DNA of 64,000 nucleotides from Asterias rubens. Its lineage: Eukaryota. Made by a program: the position numbers and the translations under genes. The DNA lies in contig NC_047068.1 of the NCBI RefSeq assembly GCF_902459465.1, forward strand, positions 10,416,001 to 10,480,000. The letters run 5' to 3'. Of this stretch, positions 1 to 11,019 are shown piece by piece. The notes beneath the pieces were generated by a model. The model saw nothing but the letters and a program-made list of their open reading frames with translations. It made no database searches and was not told the origin of the DNA. Position 1 is the stretch's first letter, and the number at the start of each line of letters is the position of its first letter.

Positions 1-2224
1 TGGTGGCGCCATACGGAAACTTTTCCAAAAAGGACGATCAACAATTGTTTGTTTTATGTGGCCTAATTTCTGTTAATTTCTCCTGTGCTGTAGTTATATA
101 GTGTGTCCCAAGTTGCCCAAGCGAAGCACGAACACGGCACACTGACTGAAAAATATAATTATTTCTGCCTCAATGTTCCGAGACTTCTCAAGTGAAACCA
201 CCTTCATACTTACCAATCGAATGAACTGTACTTGTTGTAGATAGCCCTCCCCTGGAATTTGCTAAGAACCATCACACGTTTTGGAGAAAATGAAATGACT
301 TTCCAGAACTTCTCGACTATCACGACAAACTTTAAATTAACCTCAAACGCCAGTCCGGGGGCCGGGGGGGCGGGCCGGGGGCACGAAATAGCCGCATTCA
401 AAAAGTTAGAACCCATGCAGTTCAGGGAGGCGAAAATTATTCTCATTTATGTTAGCCCATTTTATTAATTCTGTCGGTGAATCCGATAATTTATGTCCAG
501 ACGAAAACTGAACTAATAACTTTAACTCACACATTTTAGTTAATTTGAATATATTGATATTGTATAGCTTTAAATGATCGGGGGAACAAAAGGAGAAAAA
601 AAACGGTAAATGGGAATAAGCCGCAAACACCAAAAATTAAGGCAGTGTTGTTTCAGCAATGACATCAATGTTTTCCCGACTTGAAAGTCATTTGTTTTTT
701 CCCCAAACCATAAAGCGCATTGAGACGTCATTGTGAAATGCACTTTTACAACTACATAATTATTATACTAACTCACTAAGCAGAGTCTCTTTGGCAATCT
801 TTAAAATTTGTGTATGAAGCTATTCATTTAACAGGCGCGGATCCAGGGGGGGTGGCAGGTGCACTGCCCCGGGTAAAATTGAAGAGTAAAAAACAAGGGG
901 AAAAAAACTATTTTACTGCTTAAAAGTTAGCCTCAAGTGTGTGTGGTGTCTTTTCCCCCAGCAGCAGGATGGATTTGTTTTTCATTCTATGCCTATCAAT
1001 TGTTTCTTTCTGCCAAAATCAATATTTCATGATTATGTCACTTGTGATTTGCATATAACATAAGCGTTTGAAACCTGACGTGCAAATTTGTCCTGGATAA
1101 TATAAATATTATGTCGTTCTGGCATTCAAGTGTAAAGATTAAACTAAGCTTGAACTATATTTTTGGCATGAATATCCATGAAACCAGATCTATTGCAGCG
1201 ACCAGATCTAAACGCGATTTGTGGGGTTAACATTTTCTTTGAGTAAAATTAGAAGATTGGTATGGATATTAGAAGAGCTCCAAAAAGTGACTGCGAATAC
1301 AACACCATGTAAGATGGCCTACATCTTCAAACATTAGTATGACAAGAAAAATAATTCATATGCTAACTTCACAGTGCCCAACACGCAGTTATATGACGAC
1401 ATGAGTAAAAGAAATACGCACTGAAAATTAAATTACCAATGCTATATATACACAATATAACACTATAAACACGTTCATAACACATAATCATAATACTTAT
1501 GAGTAGGCCCCTACACATCAGAGGCCAAAAACAGAGAAATAAACACAATTTCAAGCACTTCAGAAGGAGCTCATGGTCATAAATTGGTGTTGAGAAATCA
1601 ATTCAGGTGGGTTAAACTTTACATAGCATGATGAGATACAGAGGCCCAATTTCATAGAGCTGCATAAGTGACTAAGGATACCAAACCACACGTGGTATAT
1701 ACATGCAATGTGGCTTTGCTGGGGCCTTGGGATTTTTCCAGTTGTACACAAATAATGAATAAATCAATCAATCAATCGATCAACTAATAAAATATATCAA
1801 AATTAACAGTCCAGATACGTGCTTTGCCCGAAAATGGGCCTGAGGTTTTTCCAGCAGCGCCCCCAAAGGAAAGACAAATAAAAAAATATGCTTCAGGCAT
1901 CAAGTCTTTTTTAGATTCAAATATTTTAGTGGGAAATATACCAGGCAGTACTGTTACCATGGAACGAATTCATCAAGCATTTTTGCATAGCAAAATATTT
2001 GGACTTAACATTATTTTTGTACACTGAATGGTTTTACGTTGTGTTGAGAATGGCAAATGGTGATTTTTGAATAGCAACTGACACATTTTGCGTATCATTT
2101 TGCTCTGCTACACAGGGGAAATCGGTTACTGGTTACCTCATTCGCTAACAAAACTGCCTTTCAGAGGGAGCCGTTTGTCACAATGTTTTGTACTATCAAC
2201 AGCTTTCCTTTACTTGTTACTTGT

Positions 2225-2985
2225 TGTTGATCAGCACTTAACTCTTTCAGAGTCCATTTGTTGAAGCCTTCATCGAGTGTCGAGACTTGGGATCAAAGAA
2301 AAGAAGCATGGAACTTGATCGAAGACTCCTTGATGGGGTGTAAACTTGAAGAAGTTCAGAAATATAGTGGGGAGCCTTGCCATTAAGTACTTTGTGGACA
2401 ATGAGCATCAGCTTGGAGATGATCGATTCGTGAGAGCATAGGGAGCCAGTGCTGTTGTTTCAGAATGGATAGAACAGGATTTCCTAGGGCAGTGTCACAA
2501 TGCGGGCAGCGGTATTTTGAAGGCGTTGAAGACGGGAAATATTCATGTTAGGAAGTCTGCAGAGAAGATCATTTGCCGTTGACATGGCGAGAAGTAACGC
2601 ATTTGCATGAATGGCCTTTCCAGTGACACTTTTGTCCAAGTACTTGGAAATCCTACCAATATTCCTGATGTGGTATGATGCCAGACGAACGATGTTGTGC
2701 ATGTTTGGTTGAAGTGTCATCGATGATTAATCAAAAATAGCCCGTTTAAGTTCCGAGCTTGATGCGATCCGAGCATCACCGATAGAAATGTATGGCACTG
2801 AAACCTTTGTTAACTGTTCACGTGACCCAAATAGAAGCAACTCTGTCTTATCATCATTTAACTTCGGGAAGTTTTGTTGTTTCCAGTGTCGAATGTCTTG
2901 GATGCATTTCTCAAGTCTTGCAAAAGATGCATTAGCGTTTTCTTTAGAAAATTTAAACGTGTATAGCCGAGTGTCGTCTATGTGA
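2225..2985 (-). mobile_element. 5'-truncated L2-clade LINE fragment
   Basis: RT C-terminal peptide YHIRNIGRISKYLD...RLQRLQNTAARIVT; reverse-complement similarity to 15880-16600. Confidence 0.85.
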
Positions 2986-3381
2986 TGAGACTATGTTTCA
3001 ACATTACTACTGAAGGAGGCTAGTGTCTCGATTACCAAACTCAACTGGCACCAGCTTGAGGGGTGTCATCTCATTACAAGGCTCTCTATGATGTTTCGCT
3101 ACACAACCTCGTCGATATAGCCTGGGAAACCCGCCTCACTATAAACCAACACACCCTACTAGAAGAACCCATCCACTCTCACTCATGCGTGGAATGATGT
3201 ACAAGTCGCTGCCGACAATAGGCATAATAAATAAGCACCCAGGTTGAAAAAGACATGCTGCTAGCGTCAGCAATATTATACCCGACAGTTTTTTTTTCTA
3301 GGCAGCAGTTTTTGAATTGCTTTTTGAAACACTTGGATATTTTCCAAATGTACTTTACATCTGTTTGAAGACAACACCAGA

Positions 3382-3759
3382 TTAAAGGAACACTTGCGTG
3401 GGATCGGTCGAGTTGGTCTTTGAAAAGCATTTGGATCAGTTTTTCACGAAATGTAAATGTTAAGACAGAAGTTACAATATAATTATCGGCACAACCATGC
3501 TTCGAAATTGCACGGTTTTCCTTTAACGTCTCAAAGAAACAAGGTCAGCCATTTTGTGGAGTCAACATTTTGACTCTTAATGGCTGACTGTGTGAGTTTG
3601 CGACGTAAAAGGAAAACCGTGCAATTTCAAGTCATACTTGTGTGGATTATTACATTCTACTTTTAAATTATCTATCTTACCATTTGATTTTCATAACAAA
3701 CGGTTCCAAATGCTTTTCAAAGACCAACTCGACCGATCCGAGGGCACGTGTTCCTTTAA
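3382..3759. mobile_element. TTAA-flanked Kolobok-type MITE, family B (AGGAACAC TIR); other copies at 29737-30082 and partial 39585-39835
   Basis: TTAA|AGGAACAC...GTGTTCCT|TTAA with long imperfect terminal inverted repeats. Confidence 0.8.
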
Positions 3760-3921
3760 AGTTCATGTGACCATGGTGTTCTTATTCGTCAATGATGTGA
3801 CCTACCCCGCGACTCATCGCCCTTGTTATACTAGAACAGTTTTTCCTGTTGGCGTCACTGAAGAGCCTGAAAGGCTCGCGTTTAACGCAGCTTGTAACGT
3901 TGTTGCGATCAAGGAAGAGAC

Positions 3922-6900
3922 ATGGATTCCAATAACTTAGCTGATCATCTGATCTGGTCAAAGAAGAACTCGACCAAAAATGGTTGGCGTTGGTTTTTGG
4001 CGGGAACGCTCCTTAACCTTACTGTAACGTCACTGATTGGTGGGTCGATGCTGTTCTATGTTCACGAAGAACTGCAGATTGTTAAGGTATAGTACTGGAA
4101 CGAGACATTGCTATATTATTGTATTTATTATATTTTTGGTAATGAAGTCGGAAGGGTGGTTAACAAAATGTGAACCACAAGCCTGAGCAGACCGGTACAA
4201 TTGGATATACTTGCTATCTGAACCAGAAACACCGGGGTAGTTATGCTTTATACTCTTTCCACGATTGTTCTGAGTTATTTTACGACTATAGTAAAATGCC
4301 ACAACAGGGACTAGAACCAACACCGGGGTAGTTATGCTTTATACTTTTTCCACGATTGTTCTGAGTTATTTTACGACTATAGTAAAATGCCACAACAGGG
4401 ACTAGAACCAACACCGGGGTAGTTATGCTTTATACTTTTTCCACGATTGTTCTGAGTTATTTTACGACTATAGTAAAAATGCCACAACGGGGACTAGAAC
4501 CAACACTCTACAGTGTATCAGAAACACCAGAGGCCGTCTCTTTAGTGCTCTCAACTGCTCGGCATCACCACGTCACACAATCAATAACAAGTTACATTTG
4601 GTCAGATTCAAGATTTATTGTTAATGTCATCTCGACACCTTTTTGTTTTTAGTGTTTTCATTGTTTGATTTCTGATGCATGGTGTATCGTGTTGACATAG
4701 GCTCACTGACCGGAATCTGTGGCGGCCCCTAAAGGGGCATCAAACATAGAAATCTCTGTTATTAAAGGGACGGTACACGTTTGGTAATTACTCAAAACAA
4801 ATATTAACTTACAAACTGACTTGGTAACGAGCATTGAAGAGCTGTTGGTGGTATAAATCATAGTGAAAAACGACTACCCCTCTAAAGAAACGTAGTTTTT
4901 GAGAAAGAGGTAATTTCTCATTAAAATAATAAAAGACTTCTAGCTAGAAGTCCTTTATTATTCTTATCTGAAAGCACACAAATTCGTCCAACAAGGTTTT
5001 TTTTCTTTCATAATTTCCTCGCAACTTCGATGACCAATTGAGCCCACATTTTCACAGGTTTGTTATTTTGTGCTTACGATGGGATACACCAAGTGAGACG
5101 ACTGGTCTTTGACAATTACCAAACGTGTACCTTCCCTTTAATAGAGATATATCTATTGATAAAACAAATGTACTAACGACAGAGAATTATTTATCAGGGG
5201 AGTGTGAGAACTGATGTTGACAGCACCACGCCCATGCGGACCAAGTGCTCAGAGGTGCAGGCATGCAGCTCACTTTAAACAACAAAAGGAATAATAAATT
5301 GATTGAACATTTTAATTAATGTTAGTGACAGAATCAAGTCGAATCAAGTCGACAAAATAGCACACTATAAGCCTACGGACCATTGAGTCCGCTATTAATG
5401 TTCAGCCAATGAATTGGGAAAATAAACACTGTACAATATAGTTTATAAAGTGTACCACAACAAACGCCGCAACATACTATTGCCGCCTGACAGTTATAAA
5501 ACAACTGCCTATACCTTAGGTATGTTACATCAAATGTTCCTTTGAAATATTTGAAGTAATATTTACTCTGGATTTGATTTCACCTGAGGCGAAAGTTAAA
5601 CTTGGACCCGGCCGGTAGATTAACTCCAAATCAAAAAGATTTTCACAAATTCAAAATGGGATAGCTGCCTCTCGTATGGTTTCAGTCCAAACCTGATCAA
5701 AAAAAAACAGGCCTAATATTTACCATAAAACACAATAGCCATTTATGTGTGTGTGTTGATCTTTGGAAATTCGTTTTATTCGATAATAGGACCAGTTACT
5801 TTCACATGAAGACCGATTGTTTATCTTTGAAAATCACGTCATCACAAACGACGCCACTCAGCAACAAGGTACTCCTACTCCCGAAGTGAATGGTCAGACT
5901 TCTAAGAAAGCCCAACTGCGAATACGGAGAGATCATGAACCACAGATGTCAACTGAGCACCATGCTGAGGGGAATATGACGTTTCAAACGGGATCTCGTA
6001 CTTTCCAAACTGGTAAGAATCAAAGGAGGAATGTGTATGTTGAAGAGCTGTCCTTGACATTCGTCTGATATGCGAAAGCATGCAGGTGACAAAATGCAAA
6101 TAAGTGAATTCATAATAAATTCGAAACAGTTTAGGAAGATTTACGAAGTTAAACATTGTTTCGTTTTAGTCTGAAAGCTTAAGATTCAAAGAACATCACT
6201 TACAACCAATTATTATTTAAGGACATAATTCTTTTTTTTTATATTACGAAATAAGCCCAAACTTGTCCCAATTTTCAATAATCCCACGAAATAAATAATC
6301 TGCCCTTTGAAACGTTAATTTCGAGGTCCAAAACAATAATTCGAGGCAACTACATTATTTCGAGGGAACGAAATACTGTGTGTGTCAATCAAATACACAG
6401 GTCAGTCAAATACACACGACGAGTATCAGATGTGCGATTACGACGAGCAATTATAACTGCCACAATATCCTCACCACTCATCTCATATAATTATGCTGAG
6501 TGAAGAGTGTTCCCATCCCCCGTGGTCTTCTCGTTCTCGTAAGTCAAATGAGCCCATTCCTGACGTGGTAATTTCAATTCTTCATGATGACGGAATCCTT
6601 GCCCGGATATTTTATATTTCAGACCCAGTTGATGGATTTCACTCACTAGTTATAACTTGTCGAGACGGAAACGATGGAAAGCCAGGCAAAGACGGACGTG
6701 ACGGGAAGAACGGAGAAGTTGGGCGGGACGGAAGAGACTGCCACCCGGGACAACCCACTAGTCCATTACAACCTATTGGACCGGGACAACCCGGTGAGCC
6801 AGGACCTACCGGTGAGACGGGACTTCCTGGTGGGCGTGGACCACCCGGTAAGCAAGGACCAAGTGGTGGGCCAGGACCAACTGGTGACCCAGGACCAACT

Positions 6901-8705
6901 GGTCAGCCGGGACCTTCTGGTGAGACAGGACCAACTGGTGAGACAGGACCTTCTGGTCTGCCGGGACCTTCTGGTGAGACAGGACCAACTGGTGAGACAG
7001 GACCAAGTGGTGAGCGAGGACCATCCGGTTTTGCAGGAAAATCTGGTATCAGAGGACCGCGTGGTGAGCCAGGATCAACTGGTCAGCGAGGATCAACTGG
7101 TCAGCGAGGATCAACTGGTGAACGTGGTTGGCTAGGACCACGTGGTGCGCCTGGACCCGCTGGAGCCGCTGGACCACCCGGTATTGCAGGAGAATCTGGT
7201 ATCATAGGACCACGTGGTGAGCCAGGTCCACAAGGAGAACAGGTAATTTCACAAATCGAATTCACATTTACATGTTTTGATTGCAGCAGAGGTACATGTA
7301 AGATTAATCAAGAATATAATATTCCGAGACACAATGTTCTTTTTTGAAAAATGATGGATCGGTTGGAAAGTTAGTCGAAAAATCATCTTGCAGCAAGAGT
7401 ACCATGTAAATTTACAAAGAATAAGATTGTGTGATCAAGATACTCAGACTTACTTCCAGTATACAAATAGCTTTCTGTTATGTATGCAATTGTTGTCTAC
7501 CCCACGTTAATAATAGCATAGTTTCTAATAGAAAACTGTAAACTGTTTAGAGGATAGTTGTTGGTTAAAAAAAAAGAAACTTTATTCTCCTCATAAAAAC
7601 CAATATTTTGTAGAAACACAGCCAGGACATGCTTGTTGTGACAAAGGTTTTCGAGCACTGTTTGTTCAACTGTGTGGCACCTGTACGTTGCGGCGAACGG
7701 TGATCTGAAGCAAATTGTCGGCAAAGTCCCAACCATTTCTATTTGGACCTAAAAGATTTGGTGAAAAATTATCAATAATTCATTTGTCAGAATAAAATAT
7801 AAATCATAGTAAACTATTTTTATTTTATTTCTGAAGACTAGCAGAGTACACTGTTTGATGAAGCGTCGAGACCAAACCGGCTAACACTCCCTCAATATTT
7901 TAATCATGGTTGTACCCACAGGTTTACTATTATGTATAGTTTATTCTTATCATTCACACTATAACAAGCTTCAGCATTACTTAGTTCATTCATGGTTCAT
8001 TTGTCTATGATATTGCAGGGGCGTAGTTCTTCAGGACCGACATACATTCGGTGGGGAAGAACCACTGGCCCAAACCAGGCAGGCACAGAGCTCGTGTATC
8101 AAGGTAGGTTTTTCTGTCATTACCAATACAGCCCCACTCGTACAGCCCACACTTAAGGAGCCCTGCACTACGGCAACTTTGCTAATATCAAGAGGTACAT
8201 GTATATTTTCTCGACAGGTTACGGTGCTGGATCACATTTTAGCCATAGGGGAGGAACTTCGGATCTCTCCTGTTTCCCAAATGATCCCGATGTACCTGCT
8301 TCATACAGAGATGGAATCCAAAGTCACTCACGCATTTATGGAATGGAATATAAAATCGAGACAGTTGACCCCTTTTCTCACGAGAATTCTGCAGTTCTTC
8401 AAAATCATGACGTGCCGTGTGCAGTGTGTCGTCTCACCAGTCGAGGCACTCAGGTGTTATTCCCAGCCAAGAATGAATGTCCTGACAACTGGACAAAAGA
8501 GTACACGGGTTACCTCATGTCAGACCACCATGTTTATTCGAGAAAGCAAGCTGTATGTGTGGATGAGGCACCAGAAGTCATCCCTGGCAGTTGGTCGAGT
8601 AGTAATGGAGCACTCCTTTACTTGATGGAAGCTGGATGCGGGTCTCTCCAGTGCCCTCCTTATGTTGAAGGTCGTGAAATACAGTGCACGATCTGTAGCA
8701 TTTAA
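3922..8705 (+). CDS. Type II transmembrane collagen-domain protein with spongin short-chain collagen (C4-like) NC1 domain; exons 3922-4086, 5790-6012, 6623-7242, 8019-8103, 8218-8705 (526 aa)
   Basis: All four introns are GT..AG with matching phases (0,1,0,1); exon lengths sum to 1581 nt = 527 codons. Exon 1 [10 protein letters not shown]...[24 protein letters not shown] is hydrophobic. Exon 2 contains RIRR. Exon 3 is Gly-X-Y, starting [16 protein letters not shown]. Exons 4-5 read TYIRWGRTT...ELVYQGYGAGSH...GG..SCFP...VPCAVC...CP..W..EY.GYLMS...C..C, the short-chain collagen C4/spongin NC1 pattern. AATAAA follows at about 8785. Confidence 0.85.
4229..4506. repeat. Minisatellite, 3 x 91 bp, in intron 1 of the collagen gene
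   Basis: Units ACACCGGGGTAGTTATGC...ACTAGAACCA start at 4229, 4320 and 4411. Confidence 0.95.
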
Positions 8706-8837
8706 ATTACGATTCAGTGAAGGTTAAGCATCAATTGCACAATATTATAAAATATCGCGATTTATGCACTCTCAGCCGGTCGCAATAAAAGCCGACAACT
8801 AATAACCCATAATGACAACAATTTTAAATAAAGGAAT

Positions 8838-9136
8838 TAAAGGGTAGCGACGCCTTCTTTAACGGCCGTTTAAAACCGGCAGGGTCGTTGCCGTGTGATA
8901 AAGGCCCAGGCCGAAGGCCTTTATTGCACGGCAATGATCCTGCAAGGTTTTAAACGGTCGTTTAAGCACGAGTCGCTACTCTTTTATTCCCATTCATAAA
9001 TAAGAGAACTAATGTGTTGGGAAGAGGTTTTCAACTGATGGTTTAATCCCGCCGAGGCCTGGTTCTTGATAATTTTACCGAGACTAAGTCGAGGTAAATT
9101 ATCAAGAACCAGGCCTCGGCGGGTTTAAACCACTAG
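8838..9136. repeat. Double-hairpin non-autonomous element; relatives at 15050-15400 and 38380-38700
   Basis: Two long imperfect palindromes, centred on AGGCC-GAA-GGCCT and on ...CCGAGAC/GTCGAGG... Confidence 0.6.
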
Positions 9137-9575
9137 TTGAGAAAAGTCGAGAATCAACATGTCGATTTGGTGATGGTTGTCCAAGGCCCTCGATACTTCT
9201 TCCAATGTGACAATTAACTGCGACTCGGTAGAATGTTGTTTCCTGAACCCATGTTGGTAATGTTGAAGCAGTTTGTGAGAATCAAAATGAGCCATGATGG
9301 AGTGAAAGATGATATACTCCATCAACTTGGTTATCACACACGTCAAGGACACTGGGCGATAATTAGCTGGTAGACTTCTGTTGCCCTTCCATGGTGTTTG
9401 CGGAGAGCCAATCCTGAGGTAGGGTCCCAGTTTCATTTGATTGAGTGAAGATGTCCTTTAGAATAGGAGCGATCTGATGTGCAGCCTCTCTCAATATGCG
9501 GATCGGTATATCATCGGGTCCAAATGCTTTGCCTGGATTCAAGCCTAACAACAGCTTCTTAATGCCTTCATGGAG
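9137..9575 (-). mobile_element. CR1-like non-LTR retrotransposon RT fragment
   Basis: KAFGPDDIP, NYRPVSLTC, QHGFRKQHSTESQL and DMLILDFS motifs. Confidence 0.85.
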
Positions 9576-11019
9576 GGTAGCACACCATAGATGGCTGCCA
9601 TCTTCAAATATGGCAAGATACTACTTCACAATGCCCAATATGCATGACAAAATTACAAACTGAAAATTCAAGTCAATCAATTTAATCTGCCAGTTTGAGA
9701 CAGGGCCAATATCAATGATTTGTACACATAACACACCAAACACATTCATTACATAATCCTAATCATAGTTCAAAATTCAAAGTTGATTCACTCAGCCCTG
9801 ATGATGTTTCTGCCTGTGCAACCAGTGAGGTATAACCATCTTTTCAAATTAATTAATTGCCGGAAGTTCGACAACGTTTTCGGGCAATCGCCAGTGATTT
9901 ACCAGTCGCAAACTTGAACGAAACAGTTATTACGACTGCCAAAACGGTCCCTGTATTGCATTATTACATTGCATACATTACTACAAAAAAAACCTAGTTA
10001 CAACCATTGAAAAATGCTGTCTTACTTAACTCTTTCAGTGTCCACTCGTTTTGAACCTACAAATACTGCCAAGCTATTTTATGTTTTCAAAATTCTGTAT
10101 AACAAATAAACAAAAATCTTTCTAAACCAAACAAAAGTATATCTTGCTGATTTGTGTTGCCATGTTACATCCCAAAGTCGATTGTATTTATGCCCTTAGT
10201 GATAATAGTGATAATATGTATACGACCTTTAGGACTGAACGAGTTAATCAAATAGAAATGTACAAAACTGTCTGAACGAATACCACGTAATTACACACAA
10301 ATATATAATTTACAAATTCTTTTACCTCTTAAACACAGGATTTCCCTTTACAAAACGGGGAATTCAATTACTGCGGTCGAACCTAATTTAGGACTAGTCC
10401 TATAGGAGATATTAAAAACCTAAGGCTAGTCACTCATGGTTAGACTAGTCTTAACTCTTTGTGAAATCCTCCACTGTACACCCAACAAAATTCCTTATCC
10501 AAAGCTTAGTGCATTGATACAGCAGGTATTTTATGATTGAAGTTACATTCAGAGCCCGCCTAGGTACCTAAAGCAAACTAAATAAAGTAAAGGCACAATA
10601 TTATACTCGAGCAAAATATACAAATTAAACTAAATATCCACACAAAGTCTACACCCGAAAGAAAGAAAAAAATATACAGCAAAATAATTACAAAGCACAC
10701 TTTGAGTATTTGTTTTCTAAAAAAGTTTCCTGTTAAAGTCTTTAAGATCTGCAGTTGAAGTGCCCTTTGCAAAATGCAAACAGCCTTGCCCTCTCAAGGA
10801 AGAAAAATTCCCTGCCTCCAACAGCAATTTTATTACAAATGAGTGCTTCTGTTTAAAGAAGACCAATCAAAAGTAATGTGTGCTGTGGTGTCCGGTAACC
10901 TCCTTGAAAGAGACCCTTTTTAGAAATTCATGATACCTTTGCTTCTTGTTTAGTGTTTGTTTATTTGTTTGTTTGTTTGCTTGGATACAAATATGGTTGT
11001 GGTTTTAAATGGTAAACGC

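Noticed and set aside
210-2027. Short ORFs at the window start
   Set aside because: No recognisable domain and no phase-consistent exon chain; the region looks like repeat fragments.
6674-7135. 153-aa alternative-frame ORF and 72-aa antisense ORF over the collagen exon
   Set aside because: By-products of the Gly-X-Y codon periodicity.
10578-10772. Hydrophobic minus-strand ORF as a candidate last exon of ARL6IP1
   Set aside because: The true last exon is 11135-11020, with correct phase and homology; this ORF is T-rich 3' sequence.
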